This document shows positions 26,240 through 39,900 of a stretch of 64,000 nucleotides of DNA, one piece after another; the stretch's first letter is position 1, and each line of letters begins with the position of its first letter. The notes under the pieces are model-generated. The model did no database searches, was not told the origin of the DNA, and saw only the letters and a program-made list of their open reading frames with translations. The stretch is from Lingula anatina (taxonomy: Eukaryota; Animalia; Brachiopoda): contig CM120643.1 of NCBI GenBank assembly GCA_051362555.1, positions 11,320,644-11,384,643 on the forward strand, in the 5' to 3' direction. Made by a program: the position numbers and the translations under genes.

Positions 26240-29150
26240 GCTAGAATTGGGGGCCTTGATGAAGTGACCCGGGCGTGTTTCCACATTTTTTATGAATGAC
26301 AGGTGTGGTAGATTGATTTTCGTCACTTTTTGGAAAAATCGGAGACGGGTCGATTTTTGGTGATTTTGATTGATTTTGAACAGTGCCGGCACTGTGAGAT
26401 TTCTTCAATTTTGGCCAGGTAGGGATGAAAATTTTTTTTCTTCATTATAGTGTCAGGTAGGTGTGTTCGGTCATTTGTAGTAAGAATAAAGTGCTGGAAG
26501 AGTGGTGGTGTCAACATTAAGGAAGAAATAGAGCAAAAACTCTGTCTCCCCCCCCCCCTCTCAGATTCTGTTCTCAGAGCTTATATTTGGATCATCTTTA
26601 AAGCTAGAATTGGGGGCCTTGATGAAGTGACCCGGGCGCGTTTCCACATTTTTTATGAATGACAGGTGTGGTAGATTGATTTGCATCACTTTTTGGAAAA
26701 ATCGGAGACGGGTCAATTTTTGGTGATTTTGAGTGATTTTGAACAGTGCCGGCACTGTGAGATTTCTTCAATTTTGGCCAGGTAGGGATGAAAATTTTTT
26801 TTCTTCATTATAGTGTCAGGTAGGTGTGTTCGGTCATTTGTAGTAAGAATAAAGTGCTGGAAGAGTGGTGGTGTCAACATTAAAGAAGAAATAGAGCAAA
26901 AACTCTGTCTCCCCCCCCCCTCTAAGATTCTGTTCTCAGAGCTTATTTTTGGATCATCTTTAAAGCTAGAATTGGGGGCCTTGATGAAGTGACCCGGGCG
27001 CGTTTCCACATTTTTTATGAATGACAGGTGTGGTAGATTGATTTTCGTCACTTTTTGGAAAAATCGGAGACGGGTCGATTTTTGGTGATTTTGAGTGATT
27101 TTGAACAGTGCCGGCACTGTGAGATTTCTTCAATTTTGGCCAGGTAGGGATGAAAATTTTTTTTCTTCATTATAGTGTCAGGTAGGTGTGTTCGGTCATT
27201 TGTAGTAAGAATAAAGTGCTGGAAGAGTGGTGGTGTCAACATTAAGGAAGAAATAGAGCAAAAACTCTGTCTCCCCCCCCCCCCCCCCTCTCAGATTCTG
27301 TTCTCAGAGCTTATTTTTGGATCATCTTTAAAGCTAGAATTGGGGGCCTTGATGAAGTGACCCGGGCGCGTTTCCACATTTTTTATGAATGACAGGTGTG
27401 GTAGATTGATTTTCGTCACTTTTTGGAAAAATCGGAGACGGGTCGATTTTTGATGATTTTGAGTGATTTTGAACAGTGCCGGCACTGTGAGATTTCTTCA
27501 ATTTTGGCCAGGTAGGGATGAAATTTTTTTTTCTTCATTATAGTGTCAGGTAGGTGTGTTCGGTCATTTGTAGTAAGAATAAAGTGCTGGAAGAGTGGTG
27601 GTGTCAACATTAAGGAAGAAATAGAGCAAAAACTCTGTCTCCCCCCCCCCCCCTCTCAGATTCTGTTCTCAGAGCTTATTTTTGGATCATCTTTAAAGTT
27701 AGAATTGGGGGCCTTGATGAAGTGACCCGGGCGCGTTTCCACATTTTTTATGAATGACAGGTGTGGTAGATTGATTTTCGTCACTTTTTGGAAAAATCGG
27801 AGACGGGTCGATTTTTGGCGATTTTGAGTGATTTTGAACAGTGCAGGCACTGTGAGATTTCTTCAATTTTGGCCAGGTAGGGATGAAAATTTTTTTTCTT
27901 CATTATAGTGTCAGGTAGGTGTGTTCGGTCATTTGTAGTAAGAATAAAGTGCTGGAAGAGTGGTGGTGTCAACATTAAGGAAGAAATAGAGCAAAAACTC
28001 TGTCTCCCCCCCCCCTCTCAGATTCTGTTCTCAGAGCTTATTTTTGGATCATCTTTAAAGCTAGAATTGGGGGCCTTGATGAAGTGACCCGGGCGTGTTT
28101 CCACATTTTTTATGAATGACAGGTGTGGTAGATTGATTTTCGTCACTTTTTGGAAAAATCGGAGACGGGTCGATTTTTGGTGATTTTGAGTGATTTTGAA
28201 CAGTGCCGGCACTGTGAGATTTCTTCAATTTTGGCCAGGTAGGGATGAAAATTTTTTTTCTTCATTATAGTGTCAGGTAGATGTGTTCGGTCATTTGTAG
28301 TAAGAATAAAGTGCTGGAAGAGTGGTGGTGTCAACATTAAGGAAGAAATAGAGCAAAAACTCTGTCTCCCCCCCCCCCCTCTCACATTCTGTTCTCAGAG
28401 CTTATTTTTGGATCATCTTTAAAGCTAGAATTGGGGGCCTTGATGAAGTGACCCGGGCGCGTTTCCACATTTTTTATGAATGACAGGTGTGGTAGATTGA
28501 TTTTCGTCACTTTTTGGAAAAATCGGAGACGGGTCGATTTTTGGTGATTTTGAGTGATTTTGAACAGTGCCGGCACTGTGAGATTTCTTCAATTTTGGCC
28601 AGGTAGGGATGAAAATTTTTTTTCTTCATTATAGTGTCAGGTAGGTGTGTTCGGTCATTTGTAGTAAGAATAAAGTGCTGGAAGAGTGGTGGTGTCAACA
28701 TTAAGGAAGAAATAGAGCAAAAACTCTGTCTCCCCCCCCCCCCTCTCAGATTCTGTTCTCAGAGCTTATTTTTGGATCATCTTTAAAGCTAGAATTGGGG
28801 GCCTTGATGAAGTGACCCGGGCGCGTTTCCACATTTTTTATGAATGACAGGTGTGGTAGATTGATTTGCGTCACTTTTTGGAAAAATCGGAGACGGGTCG
28901 ATTTTTGGTGATTTTGAGTGATTTTGAACAGTGCCGGCACTGTGAGATTTCTTCAATTTTGGCCAGGTAGGGATGAAAATTTTTTTTCTTCATTATAGTG
29001 TCAGGTAGGTGTGTTCGGTCATTTGTAGTAAGAATAAAGTGCTGGAAGAGTGGTGGTGTCAACATTAAGGAAGAAATAGAGCAAAAACTCTGTCTCCCCC
29101 CCCCCCTCTCAGATTCTGTTCTCAGAGCTTATTTTTGGATCATCTTTAAA

Positions 29151-30968
29151 GCTAGAATTGGGGGCCTTGATGAAGTGACCCGGGCGCGTTTCCACATTTT
29201 TTATGAATGACAGGTGTGGTAGATTGATTTTCGTCACTTTTTGGAAAAATCGGAGACGGGTCGATTTTTGGTGATTTTGAGTGATTTTGAACAGTGCCGG
29301 CACTGTGAGATTTCTTCAATTTTGGCCAGGTAGGGATGAAAATTTTTTTCTTCATTATAGTGTCAGGTAGGTGTGTTCGGTCATTTGTAGTAAGAATAAA
29401 GTGCTGGAAGAGTGGTGGTGTCAACATTAAGGAAGAAATAGAGCAAAAACTCTGTCTCCCCCCCCCCCCCCTCTCAGATTCTGTTCTCAGAGCTTATTTT
29501 TGGATCATCTTTAAAGCTAGAATTGGGGGCCTTGATGAAGTGACCCGGGCGCGTTTCCACATTTTTTATGAATGACAGGTGTGGTAGATTGATTTTCGTC
29601 ACTTTTTGGAAAAATCGGAGACGGGTCGATTTTTGGTGATTTTGAGTGATTTTGAACAGTGCCGGCACTGTGAGATTTCTTCAATTTTGGCCAGGTAGGG
29701 ATGAAAATTTTTTTTCTTCATTATAGTGTCAGGTAGGTGTGTTCGGTCATTTGCAGTAAGAATAAAGTGCTGGAAGAGTGGTGGTGTCAACATTAAGGAA
29801 GAAATAGAGCAAAAACTCTGTCTCCCCCCCCCCCCTCTCAGATTCTGTTCTCAGAGCTTATTTTTGGATCATCTTTAAAGCTAGAATTGGGGGCCTTGAT
29901 GAAGTGACCCGGGCACGTTTCCACATTTTTTATGAATGACAGGTGTGGTAGATTGATTTTCGTCACTTTTTGGAAAAATCGGAGACGGGTCGATTTTTGG
30001 TGATTTTGAGTGATTTTGAACAGTGCCGGCACTGTGAGATTTCTTCAATTTTGGCCAGGTAGGGATGAAAATTTTTTTCTTCATTATAGTGTCAGGTAGG
30101 TGTGTTCGGTCATTTGTAGTAAGAATAAAGTGCTGGAAGAGTGGTGGTGTCAACATTAAGGAAGAAATAGAGCAAAAACTCTGTCTCCCCCCCCCCCCTC
30201 TCAGATTCTGTTCTCAGAGCTTATTTTTGGATCATCTTTAAAGCTAGAATTGGGGGCCTTGATGAAGTGACCCGGGCGCGTTTCCACATTTTTTATGAAT
30301 GACAGGTGTGGTAGATTGATTTTCGTCACTTTTTGGAAAAATCGGAGACGGGTCGATTTTTGGTGATTTTGAGTGATTTTGAACAGTGCCGGCACTGTGA
30401 GATTTCTTCAATTTTGGCCAGGTAGGGATGAAAATTTTTTTTCTTCATTATAGTGTCAGGTAGGTGTGTTCGGTCATTTGCAGTAAGAATAAAGTGCTGG
30501 AAGAGTGGTGGTGTCAACATTAAGGAAGAAATAGAGCAAAAACTCTGTCTCCCCCCCCCCCCTCTCAGATTCTGTTCTCAGAGCTTATTTTTGGATCATC
30601 TTTAAAGCTAGAATTGGGGGCCTTGATGAAGTGACCCGGGCGCGTTTCCACATTTTTTATGAATGACAGGTGTGGTAGATTGATTTTCGTCACTTTTTGG
30701 AAAAATCGGAGACGGGTCGATTTTTGGTGATTTTGAGTGATTTTGAACAGTGCCGGCACTGTGAGATTTCTTCAATTTTGACCAGGTAGGGATGAAAATT
30801 TTTTTCTTCATTATAGTGTCAGGTAGATGTGTTCGGTCATTTGTAGTAAGAATAAAGTGCTGGAAGAGTGGTGGTGTCAACATTAAGGAAGAAATAGAGC
30901 AAAAACTCTGTCTCCCCCCCCCCCTCTCAGATTCTGTTCTCAGAGCTTATTTTTGGATCATCTTTAAA
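29151..30968. repeat. Dimeric higher-order repeat, 2.5 copies (~728 bp)
   Basis: Units with a T7 tract (frameshifted ORFs at 29152, 29881, 30608) alternate with units carrying TTGCAGTAAG (ORFs at 29599, 30326). Confidence 0.8.
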
Positions 30969-33900
30969 GCTAGAATTGGGGGCCTTGATGAAGTGACCCG
31001 GGCGTGTTTCCACATTTTTTATGAATGACAGGTGTGGTAGATTGATTTTCGTCACTTTTTGGAAAAATCGGAGACGGGTCGATTTTTGGTGATTTTGAGT
31101 GATTTTGAACAGTGCTGGCACTGTGAGATTTCTTCAATTTTGGCCAGGTAGGGATGAAAATTTTTTTTCTTCATTATAGTGTCAGGTAGATGTGTTCGGT
31201 CATTTGTAGTAAGAATAAAGTGCTGGATGAGTGGTGGTGTCAACATTAAGGAAGAAATAGAGCAAAAACTCTGTCTCCCCCCCCCCTCTCAGATTCTGTT
31301 CTCAGAGCTTATTTTTGGATCATCTTTAAAGCTAGAATTGGGGGCCTTGATGAAGTGACCCGGGCGCGTTTCCACATTTTTTATGAATGACAGGTGTGGT
31401 AGATTGATTTTCGTCACTTTTTGGAAAAATCGGAGACGGGTCGATTTTTGGTGATTTTGAGTGATTTTGAACAGTGCCGGCACTGTGAGATTTCTTCAAT
31501 TTTGGCCAGGTAGGGATGAAAATTTTTTTTCTTCATTATAGTGTCAGGTAGATGTGTTCGGTCATTTGTAGTAAGAATAAAGTGCTGGAAGAGTGGTGGT
31601 GTCAACATTAAGGAAGAAATAGAGCAAAAACTCTGTCTCCCCCCCCCTCTCAGATTCTGTTCTCAGAGCTTATTTTTGGATCATCTTAAAAGCTAGAATT
31701 GGGGGCCTTGATGAAGTGACCCGGGCGCGTTTCCACATTTTTTATGAATGACAGGTGTGGTAGATTGATTTTCGTCACTTTTTGGAAAAATCGGAGACGG
31801 GTCGATTTTTGGTGATTTCGAGTGATTTTGAACAGTGCCGGCACTGTGAGATTTCTTCAATTTTGGCCAGGTAGGGATGAAAATTTTTTTTCTTCATTAT
31901 AGTGTCAGGTAGGTGTGTTCGGTCATTTGTAGTAAGAATAAAGTGCTGGAAGAGTGGTGGTGTCAACATTAAGGAAGAAATAGAGCAAAAACTCTGTCTC
32001 CCCCCCCCCTCTCAGATTCTGTTCTCAGAGCTTATTTTTGGATCATCTTTAAAGCTAGAATTGGGGGCCTTGATGAAGTGACCCGGGCGCGTTTCCACAT
32101 TTTTTATGAATGACAGGTGTGGTAGATTGATTTTCGTCACTTTTTGGAAAAATCGGAGACGGGCCGATTTTTGGTGATTTTGAGTGATTTTGAACAGTGC
32201 CGGCACTGTGAGATTTCTTCAATTTTGGCCAGGTAGGGATGAAAATTCTTTTTCTTCATTATAGTGTCAGGTAGGTGTGTTCGGTCATTTGTAGTAAGAA
32301 TAAAGTGCTGGAAGAGTGGTGGTGTCAACATTAAGGAAGAAATAGAGCAAAAACTCTGTCTCCCCCCCCCCCTCTCAGATTCTGTTCTCAGAGCTTATTT
32401 TTGGATCATCTTTAAAGCTAGAATTGGGGGCCTTGATGAAGTGACCCGGGCGCGTTTCCACATTTTTTATGAATGACAGGTGTGGTAGATTGATTTTCGT
32501 CACTTTTTGGAAAAATCGGAGACGGGTCGATTTTTGGTGATTTTGAGTGATTTTGAACAGTGCTGGCACTGTGAGATTTCTTCAATTTTGGCCAGGTAGG
32601 GATGAAAATTTTTTTTCTTCATTATAGTGTCAGGTAGATGTGTTCGGTCATTTGTAGTAAGAATAAAGTGCTGGAAGAGTGGTGGTGTCAACATTAAGGA
32701 AGAAATAGAGCAAAAACTCTGTCTCCCCCCCCCCTCTCAGATTCTGTTCTCAGAGCTTATTTTTGGATCATCTTTAAAGCTAGAATTGGGGGCCTTGATG
32801 AAGTGACCCGGGCGCGTTTCCACATTTTTTATGAATGACAGGTGTGGTAGATTGATTTTCGTCACTTTTTGGAAAAATCGGAGACGGGTCGATTTTTGGT
32901 GATTTTGAGTGATTTTGAACAGTGCCGGCACTGTGAGATTTCTTCAATTTTGGCCAGGTAGGGATGAAAATTTTTTTTCTTCATTATAGTGTCAGGTAGA
33001 TGTGTTCGGTCATTTGTAGTAAGAATAAAGTGCTGGAAGAGTGGTGGTGTCAACATTAAGGAAGAAATAGAGCAAAAACTCTGTCTCCCCCCCCCTCTCA
33101 GATTCTGTTCTCAGAGCTTATTTTTGGATCATCTTTAAAGCTAGAATTGGGGGCCTTGATGAAGTGACCCGGGTGCGTTTCCACATTTTTTATGAATGAC
33201 AGGTGTGGTAGATTGATTTTCGTCACTTTTTGGAAAAATCGGAGACGGGTCGATTTTTGGTGATTTTGAGTGATTTTGAACAGTGCCGGCACTGTGAGAT
33301 TTCTTCAATTTTGGCCAGGTAGGGATGAAAATTTTTTTTCTTCATTATAGTGTCAGGTAGGTGTGTTCGGTCATTTGTAGTAAGAATAAAGTGCTGGAAG
33401 AGTGGTGGTGTCAACATTAAGGAAGAAATAGAGCAAAAACTCTGTCTCCCCCCCCCCCTCTCAGATTCTGTTCTCAGAGCTTATTTTTGGATCATCTTTA
33501 AAGCTAGAATTAGGGGCCTTGATGAAGTGACCCGGGCGCGTTTCCACATTTTTTATGAATGAAAGGTGTGGTAGATTGATTTTCGTCACTTTTTGGAAAA
33601 ATCGGAGACGGGTCGATTTTTGGTGATTTTGAGTGATTTTGAACAGTGCCGGCACTGTGAGATTTCTTCAATTTTGGCCAGGTAGGGATGAAAATTTTTT
33701 TTCTTCATTATAGTGTCAGGTAGGTGTGTTCGGTCATTTGTAGTAAGAATAAAGTGCTGGAAGAGTGGTGGTGTCAACATTAAGGAAGAAATAGAGCAAA
33801 AACTCTGTCTCCCCCCCCCCCCCCCTCTCAGATTCTGTTCTCAGAGCTTATTTTTGGATCATCTTTAAAGCTAGAATTGGGGGCCTTGATGAAGTGACCC

Positions 33901-36900
33901 GGGCGCGTTTCCACATTTTTTATGAATGACAGGTGTGGTAGATTGATTTTCGTCACTTTTTGGAAAAATCGGAGACGGGCCGATTTTTGGTGATTTTGAG
34001 TGATTTTGAACAGTGCCGGCACTGTGAGATTTCTTCAATTTTGGCCATGTAGGGATGAAAATTTTTTTTCTTCATTATAGTGTCAGGTAGGTGTGTTCGG
34101 TCATTTGTAGTAAGAATAAAGTGCTGGAAGAGTGTTGGTGTCAACATTAAGGAAGAAATAGAGCAAAAACTCTGTCTCCCCCCCCCCCCCCTCTCAGATT
34201 CTGTTCTCAGAGCTTATTTTTGGATCATCTTTAAAGCTAGAATTGGGGGCCTTGATGAAGTGACCCGGGCGCGTTTCCACATTTTTTATGAATGACAGGT
34301 GTGGTAGATTGATTTTCGTCACTTTTTGGAAAAATCGGAGACGGGTCGATTTTTGGTGATTTTGAGTGATTTTGAACAGTGCCGGCACTGTGAGATTTCT
34401 TCAATTTTGGCCAGGTAGGGATGAAAATTTTTTTTCTTCATTATAGTGTCAGGTAGGTGTGTTCGGTCATTTGTAGTAAGAATAAAGTGCTGGAAGAGTG
34501 GTGGTGTCAACATTAAGGAAGAAATAGAGCAAAAACTCTGTCTCCCCCCCCCCCTCTCAGATTCTGTTCTCAGAGCTTATTTTTGGATCATCTTTAAAGC
34601 TAGAATTGGGGGCCTTGATGAAGTGACCCGGGTGCGTTTCCACATTTTTTATGAATGACAGGTGTGGTAGATTGATTTTCGTCACTTTTTGGAAAAATCG
34701 GAGACGGGTCGATTTTTGGTGATTTTGAGTGATTTTGAACAGTGCCGGCACTGTGAGATTTCTTCAATTTTGGCCAGGTAGGGATGAAAATTTTTTTTCT
34801 TCATTATAGTGTCAGGTAGGTGTGTTCGGTCATTTGTAGTAAGAATAAAGTGCTGGAAGAGTGGTGGTGTCAACATTAAGGAAGAAATAGAGCAAAAACT
34901 CTGTCTCCCCCCCCCCCTCTCAGATTCTGTTCTCAGAGCTTATTTTTGGATCATCTTTAAAGCTAGAATTGGGGGCCTTGATGAAGTGACCCGGGCGCGT
35001 TTCCACATTTTTTATGAATGACAGGTGTGGTAGATTGATTTTCGTCACTTTTTGGAAAAATCGGAGACGGGTCGATTTTTGGTGATTTTGAGTGATTTTG
35101 AACAGTGCCGGCACTGTGAGATTTCTTCAATTTTGGCCAGGTAGGGATGAAAATTTTTTTTCTTCATTATAGTGTCAGGTAGGTGTGTTCGGTCATTTGT
35201 AGTAAGAATAAAGTGCTGGAAGAGTGGTGGTGTCAACATTAAGGAAGAAATAGAGCAAAAACTCTGTCTCCCCCCCCCCTCTCTCAGATTCTGTTCTCAG
35301 AGCTTATTTTTGGATCATCTTTAAAGCTAGAATTGGGGGCCTTGATGAAGTGACCCGGGCGCGTTTCCACATTTTTTATGAATGACAGGTGTGGTAGATT
35401 GATTTTCGTCACTTTTTGGAAAAATCGGAGACGGGTCGATTTTTGGTGATTTTGAGTGATTTTGAACAGTGCCGGCACTGTGAGATTTCTTCAATTTTGG
35501 CCAGGTAGGGATGAAAATTTTTTTTCTTCATTATAGTGTCAGGTAGGTGTGTTCGGTCATTTGTAGTAAGAATAAAGTGCTGGAAGAGTGGTGGTGTCAA
35601 CATTAAGGAAGAAATAGAGCAAAAACTCTGTCTCCCCCCCCCCCTCTCAGATTCTGTTCTCAGAGCTTATTTTTGGATCATCTTTAAAGCTAGAATTGGG
35701 GGCCTTGATGAAGTGACCCGGGCGCGTTTCCACATTTTTTATGAATGACAGGTGTGGTAGATTGATTTTCGTCACTTTTTGGAAAAATCGGAGACGGGTC
35801 GATTTTTGGTGATTTTGAGTGATTTTGAACAGTGCCGGCACTGTGAGATTTCTTCAATTTTGGCCAGGTAGGGATGAAAATTTTTTTTCTTCATTATAGT
35901 GTCAGGTAGATGTGTTCGGTCATTTGTAGTAAGAATAAAGTGCTGGAAGAGTGGTGGTGTCAACATTAAGGAAGAAATAGAGCAAAAACTCTGTCTCCCC
36001 CCCCCTCTCAGATTCTGTTCTCAGAGCTTATTTTTGGATCATCTTTAAAGCTAGAATTGGGGGCCTTGATGAAGTGACCCGGGCGCGTTTCCACATTTTT
36101 TATGAATGACAGGTGTGGTAGATTGATTTTCGTCACTTTTTGGAAAAATCGGAGACGGGTCGATTTTTGGTGATTTTGAGTGATTTTGAACAGTGCCGGC
36201 ACTGTGAGATTTCTTCAATTTTGGCCAGGTAGGGATGAAAATTTTTTTTCTTCATTATAGTGTCAGGTAGATGTGTTCGGTCATTTGTAGTAAGAATAAA
36301 GTGCTGGAAGAGTGGTGGTGTCAACATTAAGGAAGAAATAGAGCAAAAACTCTGTCTCCCCCCCCCTCTCAGATTCTGTTCTCAGAGCTTATTTTTGGAT
36401 CATCTTTAAAGCTAGAATTGGGGGCCTTGATGAAGTGACCCGGGCGCGTTTCCACATTTTTTATGAATGACAGGTGTGGTAGATTGATTTTCGTCACTTT
36501 TTGGAAAAATCGGAGACGGGTCGATTTTTGGTGATTTTGAGTGATTTTGAACAGTGCCGGCACTGTGAGATTTCTTCAATTTTGGCCAGGTAGGGATGAA
36601 AATTTTTTTTCTTCATTATAGTGTCAGGTAGATGTGTTCGGTCATTTGTAGTAAGAATAAAGTGCTGGAAGAGTGGTGGTGTCAACATTAAGGAAGAAAT
36701 AGAGCAAAAACTCTGTCTCCCCCCCCCCTCTCAGATTCTGTTCTCAGAGCTTATTTTTGGATCATCTTTAAAGCTAGAATTGGGGGCCTTGATGAAGTGA
36801 CCCGGGCGCGTTTCCACATTTTTTATGAATGACAGGTGTGGTAGATTGATTTTCGTCACTTTTTGGAAAAATCGGAGACGGGTCGATTTTTGGTGATTTT

Positions 36901-39900
36901 GAGTGATTTTGAACAGTGCCGGCACTGTGAGATTTCTTCAATTTTGGCCAGGTAGGGATGAAAATTTTTTTTCTTCATTATAGTGTCAGGTAGATGTGTT
37001 CGGTCATTTGTAGTAAGAATAAAGTGCTGGAAGAGTGGTGGTGTCAACATTAAGGAAGAAATAGAGCAAAAACTCTGTCTCCCCCCCCCCCCTCTCAGAT
37101 TCTGTTCTCAGAGCTTATTTTTGGATCATCTTTAAAGCTAGAATTGGGGGCCTTGATGAAGTGACCCGGGCGCGTTTCCACATTTTTTATGAATGACAGG
37201 TGTGGTAGATTGATTTTCGTCACTTTTTGGAAAAATCGGAGACGGGTCGATTTTTGGTGATTTTGAGTGATTTTGAACAGTGCCGGCACTGTGAGATTTC
37301 TTCAATTTTGGCCAGGTAGGGATGAAAATTTTTTTTCTTCATTATAGTGTCAGGTAGGTGTGTTCGGTCATTTGTAGTAAGAATAAAGTGCTGGAAGAGT
37401 GGTGGTGTCAACATTAAGGAAGAAATAGAGCAAAAACTCTGTCTCCCCCCCCCCTCTCAGATTCTGTTCTCAGAGCTTATTTTTGGATCATCTTTAAAGC
37501 TAGAATTGGGGGCCTTGATGAAGTGACCCGGGCGCGTTTCCACATTTTTTATGAATGACAGGTGTGGTAGATTGATTTTCGTCACTTTTTGGAAAAATCG
37601 GAGACGGGTCGATTTTTGGTGATTTTGAGTGATTTTGAACAGTGCCGGCACTGTGAGATTTCTTCAATTTTGGCCAGGTAGGGATGAAAATTTTTTTTCT
37701 TCATTATAGTGTCAGGTAGGTGTGTTCGGTCATTTGTAGTAAGAATAAAGTGCTGGAAGAGTGGTGGTGTCAACATTAAGGAAGAAATAGAGCAAAAACT
37801 CTGTCTCCCCCCCCCTCTCAGATTCTGTTCTCAGAGCTTATTTTTGGATCATCTTTAAAGCTAGAATTGGGGGCCTTGATGAAGTGACCCGGGCGCGTTT
37901 CCACATTTTTTATGAATGACAGGTGTGGTAGATTGATTTTCGTCACTTTTTGGAAAAATCGGAGACGGGTCGATTTTTGGTGATTTTGAGTGATTTTGAA
38001 CAGTGCCGGCACTGTGAGATTTCTTCAATTTTGGCCAGGTAGGGATGAAAATTTTTTTTCTTCATTATAGTGTCAGGTAGGTGTGTTCGGTCATTTGTAG
38101 TAAGAATAAAGTGCTGGAAGAGTGGTGGTGTCAACATTAAGGAAGAAATAGAGCAAAAACTCTGTCTCCCCCCCCCCCTCTCAGATTCTGTTCTCAGAGC
38201 TTATTTTTGGATCATCTTTAAAGCTAGAATTGGGGGCCTTGATGAAGTGACCCGGGCGCGTTTCCACATTTTTTATGAATGACAGGTGTGGTAGATTGAT
38301 TTTGGTCACTTTTTGGAAAAATCGGAGACGGGTCGATTTTTGGTGATTTTGAGTGATTTTGAACAGTGCCGGCACCGTGAGATTTCTTCAATTTTGGCCA
38401 GGTAGGGATGAAAATTTTTTTTCTTCATTATAGTGTCAGGTAGGTGTGTTCGGTCATTTGTAGTAAGAATAAAGTGCTGGAAGAGTGGTGGTGTCAACAT
38501 TAAGGAAGAAATAGAGCAAAAACTCTGTCTCCCCCCCCCCCCCCCTCTCAGATTCTGTTCTCAGAGCTTATTTTTGGATCATCTTTAAAGCTAGAATTGG
38601 GGGCCTTGATGAAGTGACCCGGGCGCGTTTCCACATTTTTTATGAATGACAGGTGTGGTAGATTGATTTTCGTCACTTTTTGGAAAAATCGGAGACGGGT
38701 CGATTTTTGGTGATTTTGAGTGATTTTGAACAGTGCCGGCACTGTGAGATTTCTTCAATTTTGGCCAGGTAGGGATGAAAATTTTTTTTCTTCATTATAG
38801 TGTCAGGTAGGTGTGTTCGGTCATTTGTAGTAAGAATAAAGTGCTGGAAGAGTGGTGGTGTCAACATTAAGGAAGAAATAGAGCAAAAACTCTGTCTCCC
38901 CCCCCCCCCCCTCTCAGATTCTGTTCTCAGAGCTTATTTTTGGATCATCTTTAAAGCTAGAATTGGGGGCCTTGATGAAGTGACCCGGGCGCGTTTCCAC
39001 ATTTTTTATGAATGACAGGTGTGGTAGATTGATTTTCGTCACTTTTTGGAAAAATCGGAGACGGGTCGATTTTTGGTGATTTTGAGTGATTTTGAACAGT
39101 GCCGGCACTGTGAGATTTCTTCAATTTTGGCCAGGTAGGGATGAAAATTTTTTTTCTTCATTATAGTGTCAGGTAGGTGTGTTCGGTCATTTGTAGTAAG
39201 AATAAAGTGCTGGAAGAGTGGTGGTGTCAACATTAAGGAAGAAATAGAGCAAAAACTCTGTCTCCCCCCCCCCCTCTCAGATTCTGTTCTCAGAGCTTAT
39301 TTTTGGATCATCTTTAAAGCTAGAATTGGGGGCCTTGATGAAGTGACCCGGGCGTGTTTCCACATTTTTTATGAATGACAGGTGTGGTAGATTGATTTTC
39401 GTCACTTTTTGGAAAAATCGGAGACGGGTCGATTTTTGGTGATTTTGTAGTGATTTTGAACAGTGCCGGCACTGTGAGATTTCTTCAATTTTGGCCAGGT
39501 AGGGATGAAAATTTTTTTTCTTCATTATAGTGTCAGGTAGGTGTGTTCGGTCATTTGTAGTAAGAATAAAGTGCTGGAAGAGTGGTGGTGTCAACATTAA
39601 GGAAGAAATAGAGCAAAAACTCTGTCTCCCCCCCCCCCCCTCTCAGATTCTGTTCTCAGAGCTTATTTTTGGATCATCTTTAAAGCTAGAATTGGGGTCC
39701 TTGATGAAGTGACCCGGGCGCGTTTCCACATTTTTTATGAATGACAGGTGTGGTAGATTGATTTTCGTCACTTTTTGGAAAAATCGGAGACGGGTCGATT
39801 TTTGGTGATTTTGAGTGATTTTGAACAAAGCCGGCACTGTGAGATTTCTTCAATTTTGGCCAGGTAGGGATGAAAATTTTTTTTCTTCATTATAGTGTCA

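Noticed and set aside
26713-27117. Longest ORF (134 aa)
   Set aside because: A single substitution removes a stop and fuses two repeat-derived frames through the G-tract. It is not a gene.
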